Origin: Fistulifera solaris
Lineage: Eukaryota
Assembly (NCBI GenBank): GCA_030295235.1
Contig: AP026129.1
Coordinates: 1-64,000, forward strand
Reading direction: 5' to 3'
DNA length: 64,000 nucleotides
Position 1 is the stretch's first letter; each line of letters opens with the position of its first letter. A model generated the notes under the pieces. That model searched no databases. It saw only the letters and a list, made by a program, of their open reading frames with translations, and was not told the DNA's origin. Made by a program: the position numbers and the translations under genes. Positions 11,790-26,767 of the stretch are shown here, piece by piece.

Positions 11790-12060
11790 TGTTACGTTAT
11801 GTTATGTTATGATTTGTTATGTTATGTTATGTTATGTTATGTTATGTTATGTTATGTTTTGTTATGTTTAGTTAGGTTCAGTTATGTTTTTACTACTCGA
11901 AAAAAAAGATGGTACAACTTTTGTGTAGATTCTACTCGATTCACGAGTACATTTTTCAGACACGTTATGTTATGTTATGTTTTGTTATGTTATGTTAGGT
12001 TAGGTTAGGTTAGGTTAGGTTATGTTATGTTATGTTATGTTATGGTATGTTATGGTATTC
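11790..12060. repeat. (TTATG)n pentamer microsatellite in two blocks, grading into (TTAGG)n
   Basis: Directly visible runs at about 11790-11887 and 11963-12057. Confidence 0.95.
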
Positions 12061-12571
12061 TTTTCTGTAATGTTTTCAGTAATAAGTTATGATTTCAGTA
12101 CAAAATGTATATAGAGAACAAGGAACACGTTGAACTGTCAATTTCTCTGTATCTTTCTAAACTAGCTTCTTCCTTTGTCATACTCGATACTCGATACTCG
12201 ATCCGTCAACATTAACGACTGATTACTGATCAAGATGCATACTCTGAGTTTCTACTGTAGCTCCATTCCCAGTTTCGCTTCCCCCTCATTCTAGTGTACC
12301 GAGTGTGTGTGTGTGTGTTGAGTGTTGAGGTGTTGAGTGATGGATTGGACAGTCTCGAGGAGGAGGAGGAGGAGTCGTCTCGAGTGTGTGTGTTTTTCGT
12401 GTGATGATGATGAGATGAAAAGGACGACACGCTGGTGCGCACTGCCTGTTGCGGTTTCCGCCATCATCATTCTTGTCACAGCTCAAATCCGATTCTCCAG
12501 TCAAGCCCAAATTCTTACGGAATCTCAGAAGCCTCACCAACTTTCAAAAATACACAAATATCACGAAAACC

Positions 12572-13891
12572 ATGTCTGAGTTTGGCGAGAGCGAAGAGAC
12601 CGTCATTATTGAGGGGAAACTCCCCGCGTCCCTCATATATAGCTGGCATGATAGGCATGCCAATCTTCGCATTTCACAATACACAAACCTTCTTTCTGGT
12701 CTCCGTCAACGAACCGCATATGGTAGAGAAATTGTTGAATGTTGTGTTGATGAAGAAGGGACTGAAATTATGATTGACATCACGGACTCTGCCATGTTCC
12801 GCGACGATTTCTTTGTCAACTACGGCAATAGAAGCGAGGATCACCCGCTTGTCGTTGCGCATAGGCTGAAAATGAAGGAACTCAAAGGTGACAGCAAGAA
12901 GATACTGTTCTCGCATCGTGAGACTATCGAAGAAGGCACGGTCACACTGAAAAGAATGGATGATATTGATTCTCAAGCCTTCCGTATCATTAGAAGGAAC
13001 AATACATCTGGGGAAGAAACAGATACTGTTGCAGCAATTGAAATGGAAAGTAACTCTTTGAACTTTGTAGGTCAGGAGCACGGCCAGCTCAAAACACTTT
13101 CTATGCCGGATCGAATGGACACGACTCCTTCTACTGAGTCGAGCCAGGAGCCGCAAATGGCTTTGAACGAGCTATCTGTGGCTGACATGATTCAGCAACC
13201 GAACCACCAGCCTGTCTTTCAAACACTGGCACGCGATGTCACTGTAGCAAAGCAGGAACACAGCGAGGATTCTTTTATTTCTACTTTCGTGGAGCAGCAA
13301 ACTGTTGTACAGCAGCTTTCGAAAAGATCCATTGTAAGCTCGGGTGGCTCACTAACCAAAGCCCTTGTGTCGGATGCGTCTTATGAGATGAGCCGCAAGG
13401 TCAAAAGCCGCGGCCGAGATTCAACGTTCGACCAGACTTGGACGGATTCACAAAAGAAAACAGCAGACCAGCTAGTTACATCCGAAGTGCATGGCAACCT
13501 ACCTGGGACAAACGACGGACTGATGTCAGCATTCAACGAGAATATGGGTGCTTGGTATACCATCAAGATAGGAGAAACAGCAGAGATACCAAGTGTTGCA
13601 GCAAGACTCGCGAATCTCCGCCCTACCCGACCATCATCTCTCTCAAGGGCGATAGCTGCGATACCAGCTAATCCTTCAGATGACGTAGCTGAACAAGCAT
13701 TGGCTCTAAATCAAGTGCCAATTGACGTGGAAATGAATTACGAATCACTGGGAAAACGTGATTTTGAATTTTTCAGTACGAGTGTTGACGCTGGAAAGGA
13801 ACCGAGGCACGGGGGGGAGATTGTTGTGTACGAGGGCAACCAAACTTCAAGTAACCTTGTTCACACTGCCAAGAAACCGAAAAGCCCTTGA
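12572..13891 (+). CDS. Transposon gene C: intact ~439-aa ORF with N-terminal paralogous HSP20/ACD-like domain and a long low-complexity C-terminus
   Basis: Open ORF (track 12449-13891, first ATG 12572): KLPASLIYSWHDRHANLRISQYTNLLSG...IMIDITDS...HPLVVAHRLKMKELK...ILFSHRETI...VAAIEMES. Confidence 0.8.
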   Translation: MSEFGESEETVIIEGKLPASLIYSWHDRHANLRISQYTNLLSGLRQRTAYGREIVECCVDEEGTEIMIDITDSAMFRDDFFVNYGNRSEDHPLVVAHRLKMKELKGDSKKILFSHRETIEEGTVTLKRMDDIDSQAFRIIRRNNTSGEETDTVAAIEMESNSLNFVGQEHGQLKTLSMPDRMDTTPSTESSQEPQMALNELSVADMIQQPNHQPVFQTLARDVTVAKQEHSEDSFISTFVEQQTVVQQLSKRSIVSSGGSLTKALVSDASYEMSRKVKSRGRDSTFDQTWTDSQKKTADQLVTSEVHGNLPGTNDGLMSAFNENMGAWYTIKIGETAEIPSVAARLANLRPTRPSSLSRAIAAIPANPSDDVAEQALALNQVPIDVEMNYESLGKRDFEFFSTSVDAGKEPRHGGEIVVYEGNQTSSNLVHTAKKPKSP

Positions 13892-14031
13892 TTCGCACCT
13901 GTAATCCTTGAGGAAGGCACCCACCAAGAACCAAAAATCTGAAGAAGAATAAATTGCGCGCCTATTCTCATTCATTCGATTAAAGTTTGCATGCTATAGG
14001 TTAATTGAATGATATTTATCTACTTTAGTGT

Positions 14032-14980
14032 CTACTTCGGTAGAGAGTTGATAGGGTTATCGGTTTTTAGTCGAAGCTGTACAACCGATGCAACTGCTCG
14101 GAAGTAATAAACATGCCGTTTCAATTCATGTCGGAATTGCTGGCGCAGACATCCAAACCGCTTAATTCGTTGATTTACGTTTTCATGACGCGCCAAAGCT
14201 TTTCCAATCAAAATCAATTTCCCTTTCTGATGACCACGATTTTTTATTGTCAGCTGGGAGATCGAACGATAGCCTTGGTCTGCTATTCCTTTTTCACCCT
14301 TCGAAAGCTGACCGGCAAGGTTTCGTCGAAAAATCTTTGAATCAGGAAATTCCCCGCAAGGAAAAGGGCCATTGATCCAGATCATTTCACTGTCAAAAAG
14401 CGAGACAGCAATTTCATAACGTAGTCCGGCGCTTCTGAATTTGTGCGAATACCATTTGGGCGAAAACGGACTCGGTTCGTTAATCGGACAGTCAGTCCCA
14501 TCAACCGAAAATGTATGAATACCAGATTTCGTTCGGCTGTTCCACTTTATCTATAAGAAAACATATTGTTAGCGATATACAAAGTGCAACAGGTAATCAG
14601 CGCAAAAGACTTACCAATCGAGTAGAGAGCAATGCCAGTGCAGTGATAAACTGGTCGGACCACTTTCGAAAGGTCTTTTCATCGCATCCGGCCATGCCAC
14701 TTAAAACTTCCTCTGTTGCATAAACTTTCAATTTCAGTAGGGCCCAAAGCAGATGCTTGAAGCGTCCATTCTCAGGGACTTTCAATAAGATCCACAGCTG
14801 AGAGCATTGTGTTGGCGATACGCCAAAGTGCGACATGAAGCGTCGCGTTTGAACCAAAGTGGGCTTGTAGCTGCGCATGTCCAGCGACTCGCCCATTATG
14901 AAACACCCACTTCTCAAGAACTCTCTAGTCTGATTAGAAGAATAATTAAACTGTATCTTCATCGTAACTTGATGATCCAA
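14032..14980 (-). CDS. Harbinger/ISL2EU-like DDE transposase (DDE_Tnp_4-type), one intron 14614-14551
   Basis: RRFMSHFG...HLLWALLKLKVY...DEKTFRKW (HTH-like), spliced in frame to SVDGTDCPINEP...KWYSHKF...LRYEIAV...WINGPFPCG.FPDSKIF...IADQGY...ARHENVNQRIKRF. Catalytic D-D-D/E pattern is intact. Confidence 0.9.
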
Positions 14981-15757
14981 TCACCAAGAAAAATTCTACT
15001 TGTTGACAGCTGAATGGCTGAATGTGCGAGAGCGTGACAAATCGCAACTTTCTGTTTGTGTGTGTACGGAGTCGAGGACTCTATCGCCAAATGTCGTTGC
15101 CAGTTGCCAGGATGGTGGCATTGTCATATATGTGCTTGTGTATCGTTTCCACTGTACTTTGTAGGCTCCACGCTCCACGCTGCACGATTTTTTCAGCACT
15201 ACGAACCACGACTGAGGTCAGGATTTCAGTCTCTGTTGTTGGTCCGTATGACCGTCTCGTACTTGGTACGTAGCACGTAGCACAGTACTGCACCGGCAAC
15301 TGCAGTGTGCAATTTTTCTACAATCTCTGCGAATTCAGAGTTCGCATCCAGGAAAAATTCAAAATCGCATTTTTTGTATTTTTTCTGTTTTTTAAAGAAA
15401 AATCAACAGTGCGCCTTGATTCAAAGGACATTTTACAGGTACATCAATGCCTATCTTTTTCGTGTTATTTCCAGTTTTCATAGTTATCATATTTCCCGCA
15501 GTCTCCCGATACAATTAGCAAGAATGTAAACTTTCTCTTGTTTCAATACCGTTCTTTCACAGTAAATACCATAGCATTCGAAACAGCAGCGCCTGGGCAT
15601 GCAGTGAACAGTGGGCAGTGGGCAGCGCATTCGATGATTGTCTTGCTTCGATGATCTATTGACATTGACCCGTCCCATTCCTTTTGAGTCATCTAAACAT
15701 CCATACCTGGTACCTGGTACCTTTCCTCATTGAGAGCACTCTGCACGAGATAGATTA

Positions 15758-16682
15758 ATGAAAATGTCAAAAGTATCTTCCGGAGCTTGGATAAAATCGT
15801 TTCCTTATGATACAGACTATTGTGATCACTTCGAAACGCCGCGGCAAGCTTACGATGATATTGCTCCTATTTTAGACATGTTATTACTGTCCACGCAAAG
15901 ACCTAGCCGTTCGAAAATAACAATTTATGATCCTTATTTCTGTGATGGCCGCGCTGGAAGAATTCTTCGTGAACTAGGCTTTCAAGTGCAGCATGATATA
16001 AGGGATTTTTACAAAGATATACAAAACGGTGAAATTCCTCATCATGATATTTTGGTAACAAATCCGCCTTTCTCCGATCAGCATAAGAAGGTAAATTACA
16101 TGAGCAACTGCTGTATTTCTGTCTTTCAAGTCTTACAATCGCTTCTGGACCTTCGTTTTACAGAAGTGCCTCGAATTCTGCTTCGCGCAACTTCGAGGCC
16201 CGACAAAGCGCCCATTTGCGATACTCATGCCCAACTACGTCGCAGCGCGAGAGTATTACAAGAAGCTTCTTACACAACAGAATAATAAAGAAGATGTCGT
16301 TTATCTCATTCCGGCGACAAAGTATCATTATGACCATCCCGATGGAACGGGTAAAGACACTCCGCCGTTTGAGAGTTTGTGGTTCATTGGTGTCAACGTA
16401 AACAGAGATTGGAATAAAGTTTTTTCTCGTGGGAAAATAGCGGAAACACTGAAGGCTTTATCGACTTGGAATGATTCATTCAAAAGGATTTTCCAGAAGC
16501 GACCCAATCCAAAGCAACGGAAGAAAAAGGGCAAGAAAAGAACAATTGAGCTCGGAACGAACGCAGTATTTGATGTGACTAATCCCCAACCCGTCGAACC
16601 CTCACAAACCGCTTCCAATCAAAATCGAAAGAAAAGTAAATATCGCGATGCAGCTGGTGTGAGGAAACAGGGCCGATTTTGA
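15758..16682 (+). CDS. Uncharacterised protein with N6-adenine methyltransferase-like NPPF motif
   Basis: DHFETP..AY, IYDPYFCDG, DILVTNPPFS. Intron 16091-16163. Basic C-terminus. Confidence 0.75.
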
Positions 16683-16888
16683 ACGATGCTGGTGCTCTTC
16701 GCGCATAGGGAGAGGCTTTTGGACACTGGAGGGGTAAAACAAGCGAACGGCAGCGATTATCTTTTCGTCAATCTTCGAAAGTTCAATTTGTCTGTTAAAG
16801 GCGGAGTTTTATGTTGGGAACGTCGTTTGAGACCTACTGAGGAGCTTGAACCAAACGTGGAATTAAATAAAAGAGCTACGTCATCGCA

Positions 16889-20312
<3,424 letters not shown>

Positions 20313-20768
20313 ATTGATGTTGACTTAGTGAAGTATCTAAGCACTGTCTTGTTACAGGTTCATTCGTAATGCGGAAAAGACGCGTTCGATGATGCGGCCG
20401 CGAGACGCGAGAGGAGGGAGAAGGACAAAGGTGTGGAGGACGGACGCGTCTTTCGGAGGTCTCGGTATAAATTGTACTCCGTATCTTGTACGCAGGACCT
20501 GGTAATGGTAACAGCTCTGTGGACGGTGCGGGAAATTGTGTACTTTCGCGTAGGCCCCCGTAGAGAAATGTACCAACCAGAGGTGCGTTCCCGTGTCTCC
20601 CTGGTCGATTTCATCTTTTTAAATGGAATTTAGAGTCTGGAATCATTTCGTTTTTCGCAACTAATACAAAAATCCCAATAATCCGAATGCGATGGCCGAT
20701 AAAAAATTCGAACGGAAAATGCACCATTAACCATAAACCATTCGACGTTCGACTATAATTGATCGACG

Positions 20769-22336
20769 ATGGGCGATCATAAACCAGTTGATGGTCAAAG
20801 AGATAATATTAAAGGAGTAATAATGAATGAAAAAGTATTGAACCCTTTCACGCTGATTATAGTCGCCCTTTTGTTAACGAAGGCGAAGGCAAATGATTCT
20901 TTCTCCTACAACCAAGTGTACAATGTAAACTTGGAATCTCCATCAGACGCAAAAATCGGAAATAGCGACTGTGATTTCTCGGTATCGTCACTGGCGCTCA
21001 TGGGAGATAAAGAATCTTTTGGAGATATCAACATGATGTTTCACTACAGTGAAGGATCTGACAGTCATGACGATGATGATAACGACGACGACGACGATCA
21101 GGGAGGACGATGACGGAAGCTGCAGCATGCTATCCAACGAATCACTTTCTCGGAGTCAGTATTCTACATTTACCACCACAACCTACGTATGCAAAGAGGA
21201 AAACAAGCAAAGGACGACAAAGTCGCACAGAGTCAAATCTTCGCCAACTACGGCAGCATTAAGGCTGCGAGGAGGAACAATCACGAGTACTGGGGCCTCA
21301 ACAATGGTTCTCCGTAAGCTTCTCGTTGTAGCTTTAGTGACTCTTGTCTATGAGGGATTGGTTGGTACGTAGACTCAATAAGACGTTTCTGTGTGTATTA
21401 TAATCTGCAAGCAATCTCAAATAAGCATTGTGAAACACAGGTCACCTTTTGGAATTCTTCAAAATTGTCATGCAGACCGCTCCGGAAGGAGTAACATATC
21501 TTGATATTTTACGAAATATAACAGCTGCTAAAGGTATCGCGGGGCTTTGGGATGGCTTCTTTCCGTGGGGTGTCGTACAAGCGGTCTTCAAAGGATCTGT
21601 CTTTGGCTTGGCTCATGCCACGGCTTCCAATATTTTACTACCGTTGGTCGATCAAGGTAAAATGACTTTGCCTATGCTATTGACATTGGCTGGTGGTATT
21701 GGAGGAGGTCTTCAGGGATACGTACTATCCCCGACGCTTTTGTTGAAAACGAGGGTCATGACGGATCCAGTTTTTCGTCAAAAAATGTCACCTTTTCGAA
21801 CGACATGGTTGAGTCTTTGCATTGGATCAGCCGTCGTGAAACGGGAAGGAATCAGGGCCTTGATGAAAGGTGCAAATACTTTTGCTGTAAAGCGCGTTTT
21901 TGATTGGTCAACCCGATTCTATTTCTCAGATCTCTTTGAGACGATGATGCTTCAATCAAAAGGAGGGCTTCAACTTACGACGGCCGAAAAGAGTATGGCG
22001 TCGTTTTTGGGCGGTGCACTATCAACATTGAGTACTCTTCCGCTAGACGTGATTGTTGCCAAAACACAAGATGCGAAAAGTGCGGGCATAAAGGTGTCTC
22101 CTTGGACTTTATTCAAATCGGAATTGAACGAGAAAGGATGGAGCGGTGTGCGGAAAACTTACACGAAAGGGTTCCTTGCACGGTTGTTACATGTCTGTAC
22201 AACCACAATGGGTAAGTTTTCTTGCTTGAGTATCGTTCTCTACCTATACAAAATCTCATCTTTTGTGAAATCGACAGCCATCAAGACAGGCACGCCTATT
22301 GTTTATGATCTCATTTTCCAGCCGGCACACGTTTAA
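20769..22336 (+). CDS. Mitochondrial carrier family (SLC25-like) protein with long N-terminal presequence
   Basis: H(L)LEFFKIVMQ, PTLLLKTRVM, PLDVIVAKTQ carrier signatures. Introns about 21365-21440 and 22212-22278. Signal-like N-terminus and LRLRGG motif. Confidence 0.82.
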
Positions 22337-22440
22337 CAACAAAGTATTATCGCGCATTGGGTCGGGAAAGAATATTATCATTAGTTTTTGTTTCATTAAA
22401 ACAGAAAAGTGTTCCATGCATTCCAAACTCATCGCGTATC

Positions 22441-24286
22441 TTATTCACCGTCAAAAGCCGACTGCTTTCGCGCACTCAAAAGTTCTCGTTTCGATGGTGG
22501 AACAACGGTTGCGGGCAATTCACTAGGAATGGGTCGTCCTTTCTGAACCACGGCGTCGCACAAAAACATAGCCACCACATATTCATCAAAATCAAACAGG
22601 CCATCTCGATCCATGTCAGAAAGATTCCATATCTGACGCAACTGATCTTTTTCTAAACCTGTTCGCAAAAGCACGTCCCGTGCTTTCTCGGTGGACAAAT
22701 AGCCTCCCTCGGGCCCTAACTGTAGGTAGCTATTTTTGAGACGATCGGCAGAATCTTGCAGTGCCCTATACGAAACCAAATAAGTTAGATCCCGGCAGCA
22801 AAATAGCGACAACTCACTCAAAGACACATGCATATCACTATCTCACCAGTACCGCTCTTGATCGGTTTCATCATAACCAAATGGATTCCCTTCGTAATTG
22901 TCGTCTTTCTTTCCAAATTTACCGGCCGCTTTCGGAATGGGCATATTCTCCGGGCTGGTCATTTTGTTTCGTAGTGTCTCCGGCGAATCTCGTTCGGATG
23001 GAAGTTGCGACATGAGTTGTGGAATTTCGTCCGTCAATACACGTTCCAGATCATCAATATACTTTTGATTCAATGGCGCCAATTCTTGAAACTTGACTTC
23101 TTGTAACTTTGCCGCAAACGATTGTATTTCAGGGAAATCACCGGCAGCCAGATTGTACTTTTTGAGAATGGATCGAAAGACATTGGGCAAGTCTTGAATG
23201 AGTTTCTGTTGTTTCTTTTCCTTGCCCATGAGGGTTGGCATTTGTGACTTTAGGTGCCCGATAATGTAAGCGAGCGTCTTTACTTTACGAATGCGTTTGA
23301 CGAGTTCATTGATTTTTCGGACGGCACTCTGGCGAGGCAACACGGCCAAATCCTTCATGAGATCGCGTTCCTCCATTTCGAACAAGGCAGCGTTGTCCAT
23401 ACTCTTGAGTGGCTCTTGCCAAAAGCTCCCTACGTAAACTCGAGCTACTTCCGGTGACGACATAGTCTTGCCCAAAGACCACAGCAAGGCTCCATAGACA
23501 CGCATGAGTTGTTGTCGATCAATTTGATCGGCCTTGTTCAGAATGCATCTGATTTTATCTTCGTGTCCTTTGAGGACGTCAATGGCGCCTTTGAGTTCAT
23601 CCGATATATCCAACTTGTGTGCATCGAACAAAAGAATGATCAAATCTGCCTTTTCCGCAAACCACGCAACGACTTTCGTGAAATCATAGCCTCGATTGGT
23701 GCGCTGTTTCTCTCCCGACAAGATTCCAGGTGTATCAACGAGTGTGACGCTGCGCAACACAGAACTAGAGAGTTGACTTCCCTCTAAACGACTAAGAAAA
23801 TTGACTCCGAATCGTTCCAATCCCTTAAAGGGTAAATCGGGGTGTACCGACAGGGCATTACCAGGGATGGTTCGTTCTTCTGGACCATTTAAGAGGACGG
23901 TGAAGCGATCAGTAGTTGGTTCTGGGCCGATGCGCTGACCGGGAAAGTCACGACCTAATAAATATCGAATGAATGATGTTTTTCCGACACTATACTGTCC
24001 AACGAGAAGGACCTGGGGTTTCGCTATATCGCGAATGTTGTGAGTCGAGAATTGTGTGAGCGTATTTGTTGCCTGTAGTCGTCAGCACATCTATTCTTTG
24101 CAACGTACCATCAAATTCTACATCACTTAGAAAAGGACTTTCAAAGAAGAAGTCGTATTGATATTTCTTTTCAACAGGATAAACGTATTTCTTGTAAATT
24201 TGTTTCAAACGAGCAGCTACTTGTGCGGTGCGATCAGACACTTCGTTTGCGCCCGCATGCTTTTCGGGGCTACCAGAAGACGCCAT
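22441..24286 (-). CDS. EHD1: EH domain-containing dynamin-like ATPase (EHD/RME-1)
   Basis: GQYSVGKT, GPEPTTDRF, DTPGILSGEKQ, FDAHKLDISDE, NKAD, C-terminal EH domain (IWNLSDMDRDG). Two introns. Confidence 0.93.
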
Positions 24287-24699
24287 GAGAGATTTATCAG
24301 CTAATTTTAGTCGAATACAAACAGTAGGAGGTGAAGGAAATAGCAACGGGAAGGGGGGACAGAAGTATGCAATAAACGCAAAAACTTTTGTAAAAGGTTT
24401 GTCGTCTGTTTTGTCTCTTGCGTGTTTTGTGTTTTCTCGCGTCGTGCGTGACGTTGGCGATGGAAAGCATCCGTTGAGACGGACCAAGACGGACCAAGAC
24501 GACTGAAATCTTAGCGGTACCCGAGACCTAAGTACGAAGACTACTTCAACCGGGACTCGACTTAGACGGGACAAGTTCCAACATGGCAAAACACAAACAC
24601 AACAGGCAAGCAACGAGATGAACTTACGACAATGACTATTTCAATCAAGTCTTTACACCATATCTTTCATTATTATTTGTTATATTTTTGAAACATAAT

Positions 24700-25695
24700 A
24701 TGCCTTCTGATCATAGGCACGCACGGAAGCGACTTTGGGACTCTCACACACAATCAGCTGCGCCAGATGAGCTCTCAACAGTCGAGTCTGTTCTCGTTCT
24801 CTACGCGACGCGGCCGTCAAAAATCAAACTTTTTACACTGTGTTGCAACGCGCTGGTCGTGGTGCAGGAATTTTCATTGACTTGCTTCGTTTTGGCACGG
24901 CATCGAATGGTATGGTTACAGCAGGAACTGTTAACGCACAAAACACAGCAGAATTATATTGAAGCATCGAATTTATTTCTCATTGCCGCGCTGCTCGTCG
25001 CTGTAGCTTGCGGCAACTCGCAACCAACGACACAAGATCGAAGCACAAAAGTTAAACAACGAGTTGTGGATTCGGTTTTGTTATCATTCGCCTTGCGATT
25101 CGCATCGTCCTTTCTGCAAAGTTTAACCGCTTCCTACAGTTCCGATACTGTTCATCGTTTGGCTATATTGGGAATGCTATGGCACGTTTTAGCGTGTGAT
25201 TACTCCTATGCCAATGGCTGTGTCAAAACAGGAGTGACAAGTGGGTCACGTCCTATCTTTGGTGGTGGGACCTTCTCCCTGAATGCAGCTCTATTTTCTA
25301 CCACTCTGCTCGTCAGTCGAATCTACGACAATCAAACGGTCTTCTTGTTCATTTCCCTCTCTGTGGTGGTATTCGCTTTTTATAGTACGACGCGACATGA
25401 AATGGCTAAAACACATCCTGCACACTCCAGTGGTACGTGTGATTTCGATACCCATCGGCTTCATTGTCGAATTTCTCTCACCGCCCCAGACTCAGTGGCT
25501 CCCTGGCTTATTACAGCACTTGTCATCATGGCCACGCTCTGCCTAATTTTTAACAACCTCAATCTTGCTACCACGTTCCTGCTTTGCAATTTGATTTTGG
25601 GTGGAGTGGGTCCATTTTGGAAGCATTCTTTACAGCATTTCCAAGTTCTACTAAATGGTCCGTGGGATGTAGCACAGATCGTTCCCCTTGCGTAA
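24700..25695 (+). CDS. PIGC: GPI-GlcNAc transferase subunit PIG-C/GPI2
   Basis: Multi-pass TM protein with LQSLTASYSSDTV, SLNAALFSTTLLVSR and terminal NGPWDVA motifs. Confidence 0.85.
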   Translation: MPSDHRHARKRLWDSHTQSAAPDELSTVESVLVLYATRPSKIKLFTLCCNALVVVQEFSLTCFVLARHRMVWLQQELLTHKTQQNYIEASNLFLIAALLVAVACGNSQPTTQDRSTKVKQRVVDSVLLSFALRFASSFLQSLTASYSSDTVHRLAILGMLWHVLACDYSYANGCVKTGVTSGSRPIFGGGTFSLNAALFSTTLLVSRIYDNQTVFLFISLSVVVFAFYSTTRHEMAKTHPAHSSGTCDFDTHRLHCRISLTAPDSVAPWLITALVIMATLCLIFNNLNLATTFLLCNLILGGVGPFWKHSLQHFQVLLNGPWDVAQIVPLA

Positions 25696-26209
25696 ATTGT
25701 GGAGATATGACGGTGTTGAGTTCTTTTCAATGCGTCAAACATCGATCCAGTGCTCCAGTCGTTATTTTGTACGGAGTAAATCCGTAAAGTTAGGGATAGT
25801 AAGCATTGCGTTTCGAGTTTCGCGTGGCTGTAGACGATGACGACTAACTGGTCTGACATACAATAGGTACCGGTACGGTACCAGCTACTGGTAACTGGTA
25901 GTGTCGCACGGTCCGCTCTTTAGTGTTCCCAGCTCCCAGCGGAAGTGGTTCGTGGCAATGACATGTTAAAGGTAAATCGTAAATCTACAATCTACCGTAG
26001 TCACAATAACGTAGGATGTCGTAGTTTTTGGCTGGATTGGACATTTTTGTTTCCCAGCAACAATACAGAATGCATCGGACATCGGACAATTCCGGACTGC
26101 CTACCCTACGCATACACCCTACATAGACTGTGGAATGGGGCTATTGATTTGTTGGCTGTCTGGTAACTGGTAACTGTAACTATGCCTCGTGCTCATTCTC
26201 GTTTCTCGT

Positions 26210-26473
26210 TATAGTTCGACACGCTCTAAAATAACAAATAACGAATACCGATATTCACGTTATAATAATGTATTATATCAGAGCCATTTTTCCCAATATC
26301 GATATTTGTCGATATTCGTACGCCTGACAGACGGATTTGTGGCTTTATACGCTAAAATGGCTGTATTTTGCGGGCGAAGACAGACGGTCGCCGATATTAA
26401 TATCGGTTATTATATCGAATAATACGATATTGATATTCGTAAAAATCGAAATATCGATATTTGTCGAACTATA
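26210..26473. mobile_element. hAT-type MITE, copy 1
   Basis: 12-bp TIR TATAGTTCGACA/TGTCGAACTATA. Perfect 8-bp TSD TTTCTCGT (26202-26209, 26474-26481). Repeated ATATCGATAT subterminal motifs. Confidence 0.9.
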
Positions 26474-26767
26474 TTTCTCGTGCTCGTATCTCGTGATTTC
26501 GATCTCGACTCTCGTCTCTCGACGCTCGATCACTACTTGGTGCTTGATGCTTGGTCGTTGATCGTTGATCGTTGATCCTTTGATCCTTGATGATTTGGTT
26601 GTACTGAATTACTCTTTCAATTTTCAATCCTAAATTTGCCAGGACGATTTCAAGTACATCGTACTAACTAGAGTCAATACTTTGTAGCTTAATACGGAGT
26701 ACTGCGGTATTCAATACTGTTGACCGGGCGGAGCGGTAAGGTGTAAAGTACCGGGTAGGGGTAGGGT

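Larger units (their letters stand above)
8354..15505. mobile_element. 7.15-kb PIF/Harbinger-type (PHIS) DNA transposon carrying four genes
   Basis: Outer TIR 8354-8402 vs 15457-15505 (GAGACTGCGGGAAATATGATAA..., 46/49 identical). Inner inverted block 8474-8517 vs 15339-15382. 3-bp TSD CCG at 8351-8353 and 15506-15508. Contains a DDE_Tnp_4-like transposase. Confidence 0.92.

Noticed and set aside
11790..12060. CRISPR-like array or true telomere
   Set aside because: It is a simple pentamer microsatellite without spacers, and the real telomere unit here is the hexamer CCCTAA.
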